From Chiloscyllium plagiosum (lineage: Eukaryota): a DNA stretch of 59,023 bases. Positions 24,882-37,135 of the stretch are shown one piece after another. Each line of letters starts with the position of its first letter. The stretch's first letter is position 1. Both the position numbers and the translations under genes were made by a program. The DNA lies in contig NC_057750.1 of NCBI RefSeq assembly GCF_004010195.1, positions 6,652,104 to 6,711,126 of the forward strand, read 5' to 3'. The notes under the pieces were generated by a model, which searched no databases, was not told the DNA's origin, and saw only the letters and a list, made by a program, of their open reading frames with translations.

Positions 24882-25074
24882 GTGAGACTTCAGAGCATTA
24901 TTTCGGAAATGTCTGCTTTTGTCCTGTGCATTGGCTAGTCCTGCTCTCTGCGCTCAACTCGGAATGTTGTGTCTGTGTTCTCTCTATTTATAGTGTTAGC
25001 AAGTTTGGAGAAGAAATGTGGCTCAGGTTGAGGTTCTGGATGTAGGTTTGCTTGCTGAGTTGGAAGGTTCATTT

Positions 25075-25114
25075 TCAGACGTTTCGTCACCATGCTAGGT
25101 TACATCTTCAGTGA
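25075..25114 (-). ncRNA. Minimal type I hammerhead ribozyme motif (Penelope-borne)
   Basis: Minus strand TCA-CTGAAGA-T-GTAACC-tagcat-GGTGAC-GAAA-CG-TC-TGA; one stem II mismatch. Confidence 0.55.
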
Positions 25115-25444
25115 GCATCCGGGTGAAGCACTGGTGGTATGTCCAACTTTTTTTTATGTGTTTAGGTTTCCTTGGATTGGTAATGTCACTTCCTGTGTTA
25201 GTGATGTCATCTCCTGTTCTTTTCTCTCAGGGGGTGGTAAATGGGATCCAAGTCAATGTGTTTGTTGATAGAGTTCTGGTTGGAATGCGATGCTTCTAGG
25301 AATTCTCGTGCGTGTCTCTGTTTGGCTTGTCCGAGGATGGATGTGCTGTCCCAGTCGAAGTGGTGGAAATGACATCACCAACCCAGGGAAACCTAAACAC
25401 ATCAATAGAAAGAGGGTCACTAACACCAGCGCTTCACCGGAGGC

Positions 25445-25484
25445 TCACTGATGATGTTACCCAGCATGGTGACGAAACGTCTGA
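25445..25484 (+). ncRNA. Minimal type I hammerhead ribozyme motif (Penelope-borne)
   Basis: TCA (stem I) - CTGATGA - T - GTTACC/cagcat/GGTGAC (stem II) - GAAA - CG - TC - TGA (stem I). Confidence 0.65.
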
Positions 25485-26104
25485 AACCGAACCTTCCAGC
25501 TCAGTGAGCTAACTTACATCCAGAGTCATGGAGTTATACAGCACATAAACAGATCCATCGGTCCAACCAGTCCACACTGACCCTTCTGTCTATTCTCTCT
25601 CTTCCTGCTCTCTCGGTTTTCTCATTTCCTGCTCCTTTATATGTCTCTCTCTACCTGCTCTACACACCCCCCCCCTCTCTCTCACTTTCTTCCTGCCCTT
25701 TCTATTATCCCACTTCCTGCTTCCCTCCTTTCCCGTTCTCCGACCCTCTTGCCCCGCCCACTGCTGTGAGACTGGTTCTATTCAATCAGTAATGTTTGTG
25801 TTATCCCTCGGAACAGAAGGATCTGGCTGGGGATAGGGTAGTATTGTAGAATCCAACAGAAGTTTATTGCAATGGACTATTATGTACAAACATGACATTC
25901 CTCAGGTACACAAGGGTCTGGGCTCACTTTCAGCTGCTGGTTACAGCACAGGGGCATGTCCTGCTTCAGATGGGCTCTGGGGTAAGACAGAGTCCTGGAC
26001 CTTTATACCGTGAGGTCACATGATACAGTGATGCGATCATGGGCATGTCTCTTAAAGGTAACCTGACATTCAGACCATGAGCACTAACACACCAGGGTGT
26101 ACAT

Positions 26105-26660
26105 CGCTCTCCCTCTCTCTGCCCCCCGTGTTCTCTCTCGCCCTATTCTGTGTGTGTCTCTTTCTTTCTCTCTCTCCCCCACTCTGTGTTTGTGTGTCTC
26201 TCTTTGTCTCTGTCTCTCCCTTCTCTCTCTTTCTGTGCATCTGTCTCTGTCTCTCTCCCTGTTCTCTGTCTCTCTCCCTGCTCTCTGTCTCTGTCTCTCT
26301 CTCTCTGCACCACGTCTGTGTGTGTCTCTCTCCCTGCTCTGTCTGTCTCTCTCTCTCTCTCCCTGCTCTGTCTTTCTCTCTCTCCNNNNNNNNNNNNNNN
26401 NNNNNNNNNNNNNNNNNNNNNNNNNNNNNNNNNNNNNNNNNNNNNNNNNNNNNNNNNNNNNNNNNNNNNNNNNTGTCTCTCTCTCCATGCTCTGTTTTTC
26501 TCTCTCTCCTCTTGTTCTGTATGTCTCTCTCTGTCTCTCTCTCCCTGCTCTGTCTGTCTGTTTGTCTGTCTTCTCTCTGTCTGTCTGTCTCTCTCTCTCT
26601 GTACCACATCTGTGTCTCTCTCCCTGCTCTCTTGTCTGTCTGTCTCTCTCTGTCTCTGTT
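26105..26660. repeat. Long degenerate (CT)n/(CTGT)n pyrimidine tract with gap 26386-26473
   Basis: Direct inspection. Confidence 0.85.
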
Positions 26661-27811
26661 ATTTCTCGTTGCTCTGTGACTGCAGTGTTGTGTTCCTGGC
26701 ACTAGTTAGTGATATTGTGCTCGCCAGGAGGTGAGCAGACAGTGAGCATGGTTTAAGTTTGACTAAAAGTAATTCATGATTTATGTTTACTGAGCGTCCA
26801 CAAACCTCCCTCTGTGCCATCTTCTCCCTCTGTCCTTCAACTCCTCCGAGCCATGGTTCCCTGACAATTCTGTGACTGGCATACAGCAGCTGTGCGCAGG
26901 TAGAAAGACTTGCATTGATATAGCGCCTAGGCTCCCTCAGGACACTTTGCAACTGATGGAAGTATTTCGGACGGGCGGTCAGTGTTACAATCAGGAAAGC
27001 ACAGCAAGATCCCATGCCCAGTGAAGGTGGGATCTATCTGAGGGGTAAAGATTGAGCAGGTCAGGGGACAGCGCTCCATTGCGATGTCATGGGTGGCGAG
27101 GTGGAGGCAAATGAGTGAATTATTCCATTTTTCCATGACCTTCACACGTTTTACTCCATGCCATTTCTTACCACCACCCTCTTGGAGCCAATGTTTCAGG
27201 AAAACAAAACTTGCATTTGCATAGCACCCTTGGTGCTGCATCAGGAGATGTTACAACAACTTGCCCAGAGGATTGGATCACGAGGGAGGGTCTTAAAGCA
27301 GGAGGGGGCTAACCAGGGAGGGAATTCCTGAGCCTGGGGCACAGGCGCCCATACGGTGTGGCCACCCGGGGGGAAGAAAGGGAACTCTGCGTGGGGGTGG
27401 GGTGGGGCATCATGCAAGAGATGGAGTGGAGAACTTTCAATCATCCCGGGAGAGGAAGGGGGTCAGAGAGATATGGAGGGATGAAGAGGTGGGGAGGATG
27501 TGAACACACATCTCTTACTGAGTGAAGAGTTGCGGATGCTTAGGAAACGAGACAGAAATTGCTGGAAAAGCTCAGCAGATCTGGCAGCACCCACAGAGAG
27601 AAAGCAGAGTTAATGTTTCGGGTCCAGTGACCCTTCCTCAGAAACCCTGTTGGCCCAATAGACTCGGAGAGTTGTGTTAGAGTCTGATCGTCCGGTAGAG
27701 TCACCTGTTGTGTTATGATTGTGACAGAATGTTGTCTTTCAGGGTGGAATTATCTCCTTTAATAATAGCCAGTAACAGCAGAGAACAAAACTCTTAGTGT
27801 GTATCTTCCCC

Positions 27812-28306
27812 CTGGATGTAGGTTTGCAAGCTAAGCTGGAAGGTTCATTTTCAGTCGTTTCGTCACCACACTAGGTAACATCTTCAGTGAGCCTCCGGAT
27901 GAAGCACTGGTGGTGTAGCCCGCTTTCTATTTATATGTTTGGGTGTCCTTGGGTTGGTGATGCCATTTCCTGTGGTGACATCATTTCCTACGTTGATGTC
28001 ATTTCCTGTTCTTTTTCTCAGGGGGTGGTAAATGGGATCCAAGTTGATGTGTTTGTTGATAGAGTTTTGGTTGGGATGCCATGCTTCTGGGAATTCCCGT
28101 GAGTGTCTCTGTTTGGCTTGTCCGAGGATGGATGTGTTGTCCCAGTTGAAGTGGTGTCCTGTATGTGAGGATATTAGTGAGAGAGGGTCATGTCGTTTTG
28201 TGGCTAGTTGGTGTTCATGTATCCTGGTGCCAGTTTCCTCCCCGTTTATCCAATGTCGTGTTCATTACAGTCCTTGCACGGTATTTTGGAAATAACATTA
28301 GTTTGT
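27812..28306 (-). mobile_element. Penelope-like element 3' fragment with decayed GIY-YIG motif
   Basis: Minus TNVIsKIPCKDCNEHdIG*TGR...IHEHQLA; same family as 25036; its hammerhead core reads GAAACGAC. Confidence 0.8.
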
Positions 28307-30928
28307 TGGTATCTCGGTGGGGGGAGGGGGGGTAGGGGCACTTGAAGTAATTCCTTGCAGTCTTTCATGAGATTTGGGGCAAGGTGAGGTCAGCATTTAT
28401 TACCCCACTTCATTGCCCCTAGAGCTGAGTTCGATCCATTTCAGGCCACGATTACAAGTCCGACCCCCATCGCTGTGGGCCAGACCAGGATAAAGAGGGC
28501 ACCTCCCTGAAATAAGCCGGATGAGGTTTTTAACCAACAGTTCTGAAGAAGGACCTGAAACATTAAGTCTGCTTTCTCTCTCTCTCTCTCTGCAGATGCT
28601 GCTGAGTTTCTCCAGCAAATCCTCCTTCCGATTTCCTGCATCCTTTTTTGTGTTTTATTGTAAGGTTTATGTGCTCCCCGTCAGGGCTAGCTTTTGGTGT
28701 CATGGAGCCATAGAGCTGTACAGCACGGAAACAGGCCCTTCGGCCCAACCTGTCCACTCCGCCCAGTTTTCATAATTTAAACTGGTTCCATTTCCTGTGT
28801 TTGGTCCCTCTCCCTCCATACCTATCCCATCCATCTACCTGTCTAAACGTTTCTTAACTTGTACTCTCCTCCACCACTACCTCTGCCAGCATGTTCCAGA
28901 CACTCACCACCCTCTGTGTGAAAGAAATTATCCCTCTGAACCCCCCTCCCCCCTCACCTTAAACCTATACCCTCTAGTTTTAGACCCTGGGGAAAGGCTA
29001 TTGGCTAGCTACCTTATCCATGTCTCTCACGGATGATTTTTATAGAGTTTTATAAGGTCACCCCTCAGTCTTCTACGTTCAGGGGAAAGGATTCCCAGCC
29101 TATCCTGGGTTTTTATCACCCTGATGGGGTTCAAACCCATGTCCCCACAGCATTAGCCCGGGTAACTGCATTGCTAGTCCAGTGGCAGGACCATAACACC
29201 TAAAGACTAAAGGAAGGGTAGCTCAGTGGTTAGCACTGCTGCCTCACAGCACCAGGAACCCAGGTTTGATCCCAGCCTCGGGCAACTATCTGTGTGGAGT
29301 TTGCATATTTTTACAATTAGAATCCCTACAGTGTGGCCATTTTAGATTAGATTCCCTATAGTATGGAAACAGGCCCTTCGGCCCAACAAGTCCACACTGA
29401 CCTGACGAAGAGCAACCCACCTCTGACTAATGCACCCAACACTATGGGGCAATTTAGCATCGACAATCCACCCTAACCTGCACATCTTTGAACTGTGGGA
29501 GGTAACTCCACACAGACAGTTGCCCAAGGCTGGAATTGAACCCAGGTCCCTGGCACTGTGAGGCAGCAGTGCTAACCACTGAACCACTGTGTGACCAAAC
29601 AAGTCCATACTGACCGTCCAAAGATTCTCCCTGTGCCTGTGTGGGTTTCTTCCCACAGTCCAAAGATGGGCAGGTTAGGGTGAACAGGCCGTGCTAAATC
29701 GCCCCATAGGGTCCAGGGATGTGCAGGCCGGGTGCATTAGTCAGAGGTAAATGGAGACTAATAGGGTCAGGGAATGGGTCTGGGTGGGTTATTCTTCTGA
29801 AGGTCAGTGTGGACTTGTTGGGCCAAATGGCTACACTGTAGGGATTCTATAAAGACTTGGTTCCCTAAAGAAAAATCATGCAATATGTTAGTGTGAGTGT
29901 TGACATTGAGTGTAATATTTGGAAATATTAATGAGCGGTATTGAACATCTGTTGGATCTTTCGATACCACATTCCCCACAACATCCCAGTGCTTTAGGTT
30001 AATAGATTCAGATACAAATATCTTTCCAGAGACAAAACACCCGCTTGGGGCAACTGGAGAGTGAGGAACAGTACCTTCCCCGTGATGTTATCTTCACTGG
30101 AAGGACAGATAGTGTGGGATGTCTGTCAGGAGACAGTGAGGATTGCAGATGCTGGAGATCAGAGTCAAGGTTAGAGTGGTGCTGGAAAAGCACAGCAGGT
30201 CAGGCAGCATCCGAGGAGCAGGAGAATCGACGTTCCAAGCATAATCCCTTCATCAAGGATGAGGGGGTTACCCCCACATTCCTGATAAAGAGCTTACGCC
30301 CGAAACGTCGATTCTCCTGCTCCTCGGATGCTGCCTGACCTGCTGTGCTTTTCCAGCCCCGCACCTTTTGACTGGGATGTGGGTCAGGAATCTTAAGGAG
30401 CGCCGCTGTTTATAAAGTTTGGGGGGGGGGGGGGGTGCGGGGATGGAGAGGGGGGAGGTGAATTTTCCCAATGGGCCTCCCCAATCCTGAGCCGAAACCA
30501 CCAAAAAACCGGAAACAGCTCCTTGCCATTCGTGGAGTCGTTCCATGCCTGAGTGCCAACAGAGCGACGGCAACCGTGCGTCACCACCTCTCATCTGGGG
30601 GGGGCAACTTCAGGATGTGACAAGCACTATGTAAATGCAGGTACCTGTCTTCCGAAGGGCAGGAAGCTGATTGGCTGCTTCGGGAGATGGGGCTTTGGGG
30701 GGAGATGAGGGTGTTGTCCGTCCGGGGGATGTCAGGGATGGGTGAAAAAACATTAAAGTGGGTCAGGGGGGTGTAGAGTGATCAAATTGGTTACCAATCA
30801 GGGTGGTTCCTGAGTGGTAGAGGGAAGTGGGCATTGTGAGCCAATAGGGAGCGCTGACACGATGATAAACCTGAGCTAAGACCCTGTTGACTAAACTCTC
30901 CCGTTTGTGTCTGGATTTTTTTTGACAG

Positions 30929-30990
30929 GTTCAGCGCACCTTGACCTGCGGTGTTTTCCGTTCTGTCCCGAACTGGACGGTCTGTGGGAG
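30929..30990 (+). CDS. LBH-domain gene, candidate (possibly cassette) exon (GSAHLDLRCFPFCPELDGLWE)
   Basis: Acceptor ttttttttgacAG and consensus donor GAG|GTAAGT; 62 nt, phase 1 to 0. Confidence 0.5.
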
Positions 30991-31169
30991 GTAAGTATCT
31001 GGGACCCAGGAGCAGCCTCGGTCTGCAAACTGAAACAACGATATAGAGGCTTCCAGAATGTTCCGTGCAAGCGCCGGGCCGGATAGCCAAGCCGTAACAG
31101 AATGTTGTGACGCTCCACTGCAGCTGGTGGGACGCGAACCCGGGTCAGAGGCAGGGACACTACCACAAG

Positions 31170-31748
31170 AGCTGGAGTTGGGGCATCATGTTGAGGTTGT
31201 ACAGGACTTTGGTGAGGCCTTATCTGGAGTACTGTGCCCAGTTGTAGTCGTCCTGTTATAGGAAGGATATTAAACCAGGGGGGGGGTTCGGAAGAGATTT
31301 ACCAAGATGTTGCCGGGGATGGGAGGGTTTGAGCTTTAGGGAGATGCTGGGTAGGCAGGGACTTTTTTCACTGGAGTGTAGGAGGTTGAGGGGTGACCTT
31401 GTAGAGGTTTATAAAACCTTGAGGGATATAGATAAGGGGAATGGCAAGTGTCTTTTCCCAAGGGTGGGGGAGTTGAGATTAGAGGGCAGAGGTTGAAGGT
31501 GAGAGGTGAAAGGTTTAAAAGGGACACGAGAGGAAACTTTCTTCACACAGAGGGTGGTCAGTGTGTGGGATGAGCTTCCAGAAGAAGTGATGGAGGCTGG
31601 TACAGTTACAACATTTGAAAGATATTTGGATAAGTACATGACTAGGAAAGGTTTGGAGCAGGCAGGTGGGCCTAGTTGAGTTTGGGATTATGGTCGGCAT
31701 TGACTGGTTGAGCCGAAGGGTCTGTTTCCGTGCTGGGTGACTTTATGA
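31170..31748 (+). mobile_element. CR1/HER1 LINE 3' fragment
   Basis: ORF2 C-terminal and 3'UTR sequence similar to the other copies. Confidence 0.85.
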
Positions 31749-32016
31749 ACCAAGTGTAGACCCTGAGCATTCTGACAGTCGTGAAGGTATGAATGGATTC
31801 CTGTCAAGTGACTTTCCATATTTGGATTTTCACACACGCAGTGGTCAGTGTCCCAGAATGCCACTTGTCAGCAATGTATTCCTGGCCAAGATCCCCATCC
31901 ACAAACATCCACTCCCTCCACCACCAACACCCAGTCACAGCAGTGTGTACCATTGGCGCAGAAATTCACCAAAGATCCTCAGACAGCACCTTTGTAAGCC
32001 CAGTGGGTGTACCAGA

Positions 32017-32055
<39 letters not shown>

Positions 32056-32830
32056 CCGAACAGTTTCCACACAGACAGAGCGACCATTAACAATCCTGAT
32101 TCAGTCTGACTCGACAATCCCCACCCCCAGGATTGGAACGTGTTGATGCGTCAATCCCAGGGTCACTGTGGGGGTGGGAGGGTGCTGACCTGTCAGGGGA
32201 GCTGTCTTTTCAGGTCAATGTTAACCTGAGGCCCAACAGCCTGTGGGTGGGTGGGAGGGCGCTCCCTGTGCAATCCATAACAGGACTGTATGATATCCCA
32301 CCTCTTATCGCCAATGACCACTGAGCTCCCCCTCAGACAGCACCTTCCGAACCCACGGCCACTTCCATCGAGAAGGACAAGGGGCAGCAGATACATGGGA
32401 ACACCACCCCCTGCAAGTTCCCCTCCACCCCCTATCCTGTCTTGCAAAGATATCGCCGTTCCTTTAGTGTCGCTGGGTCAGAATCCTGGAATTCCCTCCC
32501 TCAGGGCATTGTGGGTCAACCCACAGCACGTGGACTGCAGCGGCTCAAGAAGGCAGCTCACTCCCACCTTCTCAAGGGGGCAACTAGGGACGGGCAATAA
32601 ATGCTGAGCCCAACCAGTGACACCCACGTCCCATGAGCTAATTTATAAAAATACCTACGATGATGTTGAGGCACGTGTTGGGAAATTACTCTCTTAAGCA
32701 ACCAGTCTGTCGACTTGCAGACTTTAATGTTTCCAACTCCCAACGGGATATGGGTCTCGCTGGCAGGAGGACTGGTAACTACCCCCTGAACTGAACAACC
32801 GCTCGCCCATTACAGAGGGCAGATAAAGGC

Positions 32831-33451
32831 AGAGTAAAGCTCCTTCTACACTGTCCCCATAAAACATTCCCAGGACAGGGACAGCATGGGGTTAGATACA
32901 GAGTAAAGCTCTCTCTACACTGTTCCCATCAAATACTTCCAGCACATGACAGCACGGGGTTAGATACAGAGTAAAGCTCTCTCTACACTGTCCCCATCAA
33001 ACACTCCCAGGACAGGGACAGCACAGGGTTAGATATAGAGTAAAGCTCCCTCTACACTGTCCCCATCAAACACTCCCAGGACAGGGACAGCACGGGGTTA
33101 GATACAGAGTAAAGCTCTCTCTACACTGTGCTGCCCCATCAAACACTCCCAGGACAGGGCCAGCATGGGGTTAGATACAGAGTAAAGCTCCCTCTACACT
33201 GTCCCCATCAAACACTCCCAGGACAGGGACAGCACGGGGTTAGATACAGAGTAAAGCTCTCTCTACACTGTCCCCATCAAACACTTCCAGGACAGGGCCA
33301 GCACGGTGTTAGATACAGAGTAAAGCTCCCTCTACACTGTCCCCATTAAGCACTCCCAGGACAGGGCCAGCACGGGGTTAGATACAGAGTAAAGCTCTCT
33401 CTACACTGTGCCCCATCAAACACTCCCAGGACAGGGCCAGCACAGGGTTAG
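32831..33451 (+). repeat. 69-bp tandem repeat, about 9 copies
   Basis: Unit AGAGTAAAGCTCCCTCTACACTGTCCCCATCAAACACTCCCAGGACAGGGACAGCACGGGGTTAGATAC; gives the 23-aa repeat ORF. Confidence 0.9.
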
Positions 33452-33528
33452 CTGTGTTTCTGTCACTGTTGATTGTGCAGTTTGAGACGGGGTGGTGATG
33501 TGTTGTTCTGTTGTGTCCTCTCTTACAG

Positions 33529-33609
33529 AGGCGCTATGTGTTCACTGCCCCAGTCTTGGAGTCGCCGCTGGTGGTTCCTGTTCTTCGGTATCTCGTGCTG
33601 TTCGGCGGG
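33529..33609 (+). CDS. LBH-domain gene, candidate exon (frame uncertain: RRYVFTAPVLESPLVVPVLRYLVLFGG or EALCVHCPSLGVAAGGSCSSVSRAVRR)
   Basis: Acceptor tcctctcttacAG and donor GGG|GTAAGG; 81 nt; open in all frames. Confidence 0.55.
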
Positions 33610-34364
33610 GTAAGGTCCCAAATGTTTGGCCGCTCCCTTACCCTGCCCAGACAAGCTTGAGGCATCCAATCACACAGTCACGTCTCGAACATCAGTCACA
33701 AAGGAGACTTACTCTGACCCACCTGTCCCACCACCTACAAGTCAGGAGTGTGAGGGAATACTCCCCACTTGCCCCTGGATGGGGGCAGCTCCAACAACAC
33801 TCAAGAAGCTCAACACCATCCAGGGACAAAGCAGCCCCCGCTTGATTGGCACCACATCCACAAACATCCCCTCCATCCATCATTCACTAGCAGCAGTGTG
33901 TTCTACCTACAAGATGCACCGCAGAAATTCTCCAGAGATCCTTAGACACACGCTCACAAACCCACGACCATCTACAAGGGGCAGCAGGTACATGGGAACA
34001 CCACCCCCTTGCAAGTTCCCCTCCACTCACCATCAGGTGTGTCTGGGTCAAAATCCTGGAACTGACAGAATCGAAACATTGAGAGTTCAAGACCCATGAC
34101 AGAGTTTTGGACATGTTCTCAATCCCACGTCTCCTGCTACAGGACTGAGGGAGTGCTGCCCTGTCGAAGGTGGGGGGTCTCACGCGAGACATTAAAGCAG
34201 GGCCCTGTCCACCCTCTCAGTTAATCATAAATTTCCCAAGAACAGCTGGCATGGTCTCTTTGGTGGCCGAACATCAGTGAAAAACAGATGATCTGGTCAT
34301 TATCGCATTACTGTTTGTGGGATCTTCCTGTGCACATATTAGCTGCTACATTGACACTACTCTT

Positions 34365-34912
34365 CAAGTTGGAATATTGCGTGCAATTCTGGTCTCCCTC
34401 CTATCGGAAAAATGTTGTGAAACTTGAAAGGGGTTCAGAAAAGGTTTACAAGGATGTTGCCAGGGTGGGAGGGTTTGAGCTACAGGGAGAGGCTGAATAG
34501 GCTGGGGCTGTTCTCCCTGGAGCGTCGGAGGCTGAGGGGTGACCTTATAGAGGTTTATAAAATCATGAGGGGCATGGATAGGATAAATAGACAAGGTTTT
34601 TTTCCCTGGAGTCGGGCAGTCCAGAACTAGAGGGTTTAGGATGAGAGGGAAAAGATATAAAAGGGACCTAAGGGGCAAGCTTTTCACACAGAGGGTGGTG
34701 TGTGTATGGAATGAGCTGCCAGAGGAAGTGGTGGAGGCTGGTACAATTACAGCATTTAAAAGGCATCTGGATGTCTGTGAATAGGAAGGGTTTAGAGGGA
34801 TATGGGCCTAATGCTGGCAAATGGGACTCGATTAGCTTAGGATATTTGGTCAGCATGGATGGGTTGGACCGAAGGGTCTGTTTCCATGCTGTACATCTCT
34901 ATGAGTCTATGG
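34365..34912 (+). mobile_element. CR1/HER1 LINE 3' fragment
   Basis: LEYCVQFWSPSYRK...RFTRMLPG...LGLFSLERRRLRGDLIEVYKIM. Confidence 0.9.
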
Positions 34913-35073
34913 CTCTACTCCTCAAATTGTACTTCATTGACTGTGAAATGCTTTGGGACATCCTGTCTTTCTGAAAGAGATGGGCTGTTTCCTGCTGAAT
35001 AGTCGAATGTAAACCCATTGGTGATTTTCCAAGATGGCGTTAACTTTGTCCAAACCTCCATGTTTTCTTTCAG

Positions 35074-35172
35074 GTCCTGAAGCCAATGGGAGCAATGAAA
35101 GGACTCCTCCTCCTGTGGATGGTGGGGTGCCGATTGCTGGCACCTACCTGCTGCCCAGTGGTACCGCCCTGA
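35074..35172 (+). CDS. LBH-domain gene, candidate last coding exon (phase 0: VLKPMGAMKGLLLLWMVGCRLLAPTCCPVVPP*; the phase 1 frame stays open to donor 35292 or stop 35510)
   Basis: Acceptor tgttttctttcAG; unique GC-rich sequence; AATAAA at 35932. Confidence 0.45.
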   Translation, partial: VLKPMGAMKGLLLLWMVGCRLLAPTCCPVVPP

Positions 35173-35974
35173 GATCCCATTCCTCTCTCTCATCGGCCCA
35201 CTCGGAAACGGCCTGCACCACTGCCCCAGCGGGGGTGGGGGGAGGGGGAAGGAGAGCGCCACCTAGGAGGGGATTGTTGGGGGTGGGGGAGGTAAGAATT
35301 GCAAAGCATGTTCCTGGGACGGGCAACCCAATTGCCCAAGACGCAAGGCCTTTAGGATCGGAGGAAAGGAGTCATTGGCAACTCCCATCTCCTTGGCTAC
35401 ACTTCCCGAAGCTGAGAGCTTGTAGGGTCTCATTAGAGTTGAGTAGGGCCGTGCCTGACGTCCGACGTCCGTGGGAGAGGCAGGGATGTGGTGGACTCAT
35501 CAGAGGGTGAGAAATGGACTGGGAGCAGGAGTAAGCTATTCAAGCCCCTCCAGCCTACTCCTCCATGATCTGACCTCATCTCGGCCTCCCCCCTCCCCCA
35601 CTGCTTTCCTTCCAGCTCTCCAGGAATAGGAACATGCTTCGATGGTGGTGAGACAGCCCACCGTCCTCTGATAACCTTCCTGGAGGGTAGACCATCACCA
35701 ACCCCTTCCTCCTCCTTACCCAACCTCCACGTCAACTAAAACAAACCAGAGCAGGTGGGGGGGAGACGGAGAAGATGGAAGTTCTGTTGTCCACGACCAA
35801 GAAACCAGTATCCACCTCAGCGCCTCCAGTAACCAATCATTAACCTTCGGAATCGCAGAGTGTAATGGCAGACTTGTACCCAACGCCTGCATTGCTCTGA
35901 GTTCGAGTCCCACCCTGGAAAAATATAATTCAATAAAACTAGTCCACATGGTGACCAATGGTTCACACGACTGA

Positions 35975-36817
35975 ATCATAGAATCCCCACAGTGCGGAAA
36001 CAGGCCCTTCGGCCCAACAAGTGTACACCAACGCTCCAAGAGTAACCCACCCAGATCCCTTCCCCTACCCTATTACTCTACATTTACCCCTGACTAATGC
36101 ACCTAACCTAGATGTCCCTGAACAATATGGGTAATTTCCCATGGCCAATCCACCCTAACCTGCACATCCCTGAACATTATGGGACAATTTGGCACGGCCA
36201 ATCCACTCTAACTTGCATATCCCTGAACAATATGGGTAATTTAGCACGGCCAATCCACCCTAACCTGCATATCCCTGAACAATGTGGGTAATTTAGCACG
36301 GCCAATCCACCCTAACCTGCATATCCCTGAACAATATGGGTAATTTAGCACGGCCAATCCACCCTAACCTGCACATCCCTGAACATTATGGGACAATTTA
36401 GCACGGCCAATCCACCCTAACTTGCATATCCCTGAACATTATGGGACAATTTAGCATGGCCAATCCACCCTAACCTGCATATCCCTGAACTATATGGGTA
36501 ATTTAGCATGACCAATCCACCCTAACCTGCACATTGTTGGACTGTGGGAGGAAACCGGAGCACCCGGAGGAAACCCACCCAGACGCGGGGAGAATGTGGA
36601 AACTCCACACCTGCACATCCCTGAACAATATGGGTAATTTAGCACGGCCAACCCAGCCTAACCTGCACATTGTTGGACTGTGGGAGGAAACCGGAGCACC
36701 CGGAGGAAACCCACCCAGACGCGGGGAGAATGTGGAAACTCCACACAGATAGTCGCCCGAGGCTGGAATCGAACCTGGGTCCCTGTGAGGCAGCTGTGCT
36801 AACCACTGAGCCACCGT
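35975..36817 (-). mobile_element. HE1 SINE expanded by about 8 tandem ~53-bp internal units plus a duplicated core
   Basis: Tail at 35975, repeated GCCAATCCACCCTAACCTGCA units, head at about 36817. Confidence 0.88.
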
Positions 36818-37135
36818 GGATTAAGAATTGCAATTGGATAACTAATGCCATTCACAGAGGGATCTGCTGTCCTTACCTGTGTGTCTATAGATCCCAGAGT
36901 GATGTGGTTTAAACTGCCTTATGGGAATACCTCACTGAGTAACAAAGGCAGCAATTGATGGGCAATACATGTTCATCACTGCCAGTGTTATACACAAGCT
37001 GGGAAGGAATATTCTAATCACGTGTCAGGAGTCCCTTACAGAGCAGTGAGCTCTGATTTCTGACACGAGTCAGGGACAGCAGGAGGTTTAGAGGCAGATT
37101 TACCCGAAGGTGGAGACGTGTGTCAGTCTGGGGTG

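Larger units (their letters stand above)
25036..25523 (-). mobile_element. Penelope-like element: GIY-YIG C-terminus with inverted terminal repeats
   Basis: Minus peptide HFDWDSTSILGQAKQRHAREFLEA.HS...SINKHIDLDPIYHPL; the two ends are inverted copies of each other. Confidence 0.82.

Noticed and set aside
32831..33451. CRISPR-like regular array
   Set aside because: Head-to-tail units with no unique spacers, in vertebrate DNA without cas genes.
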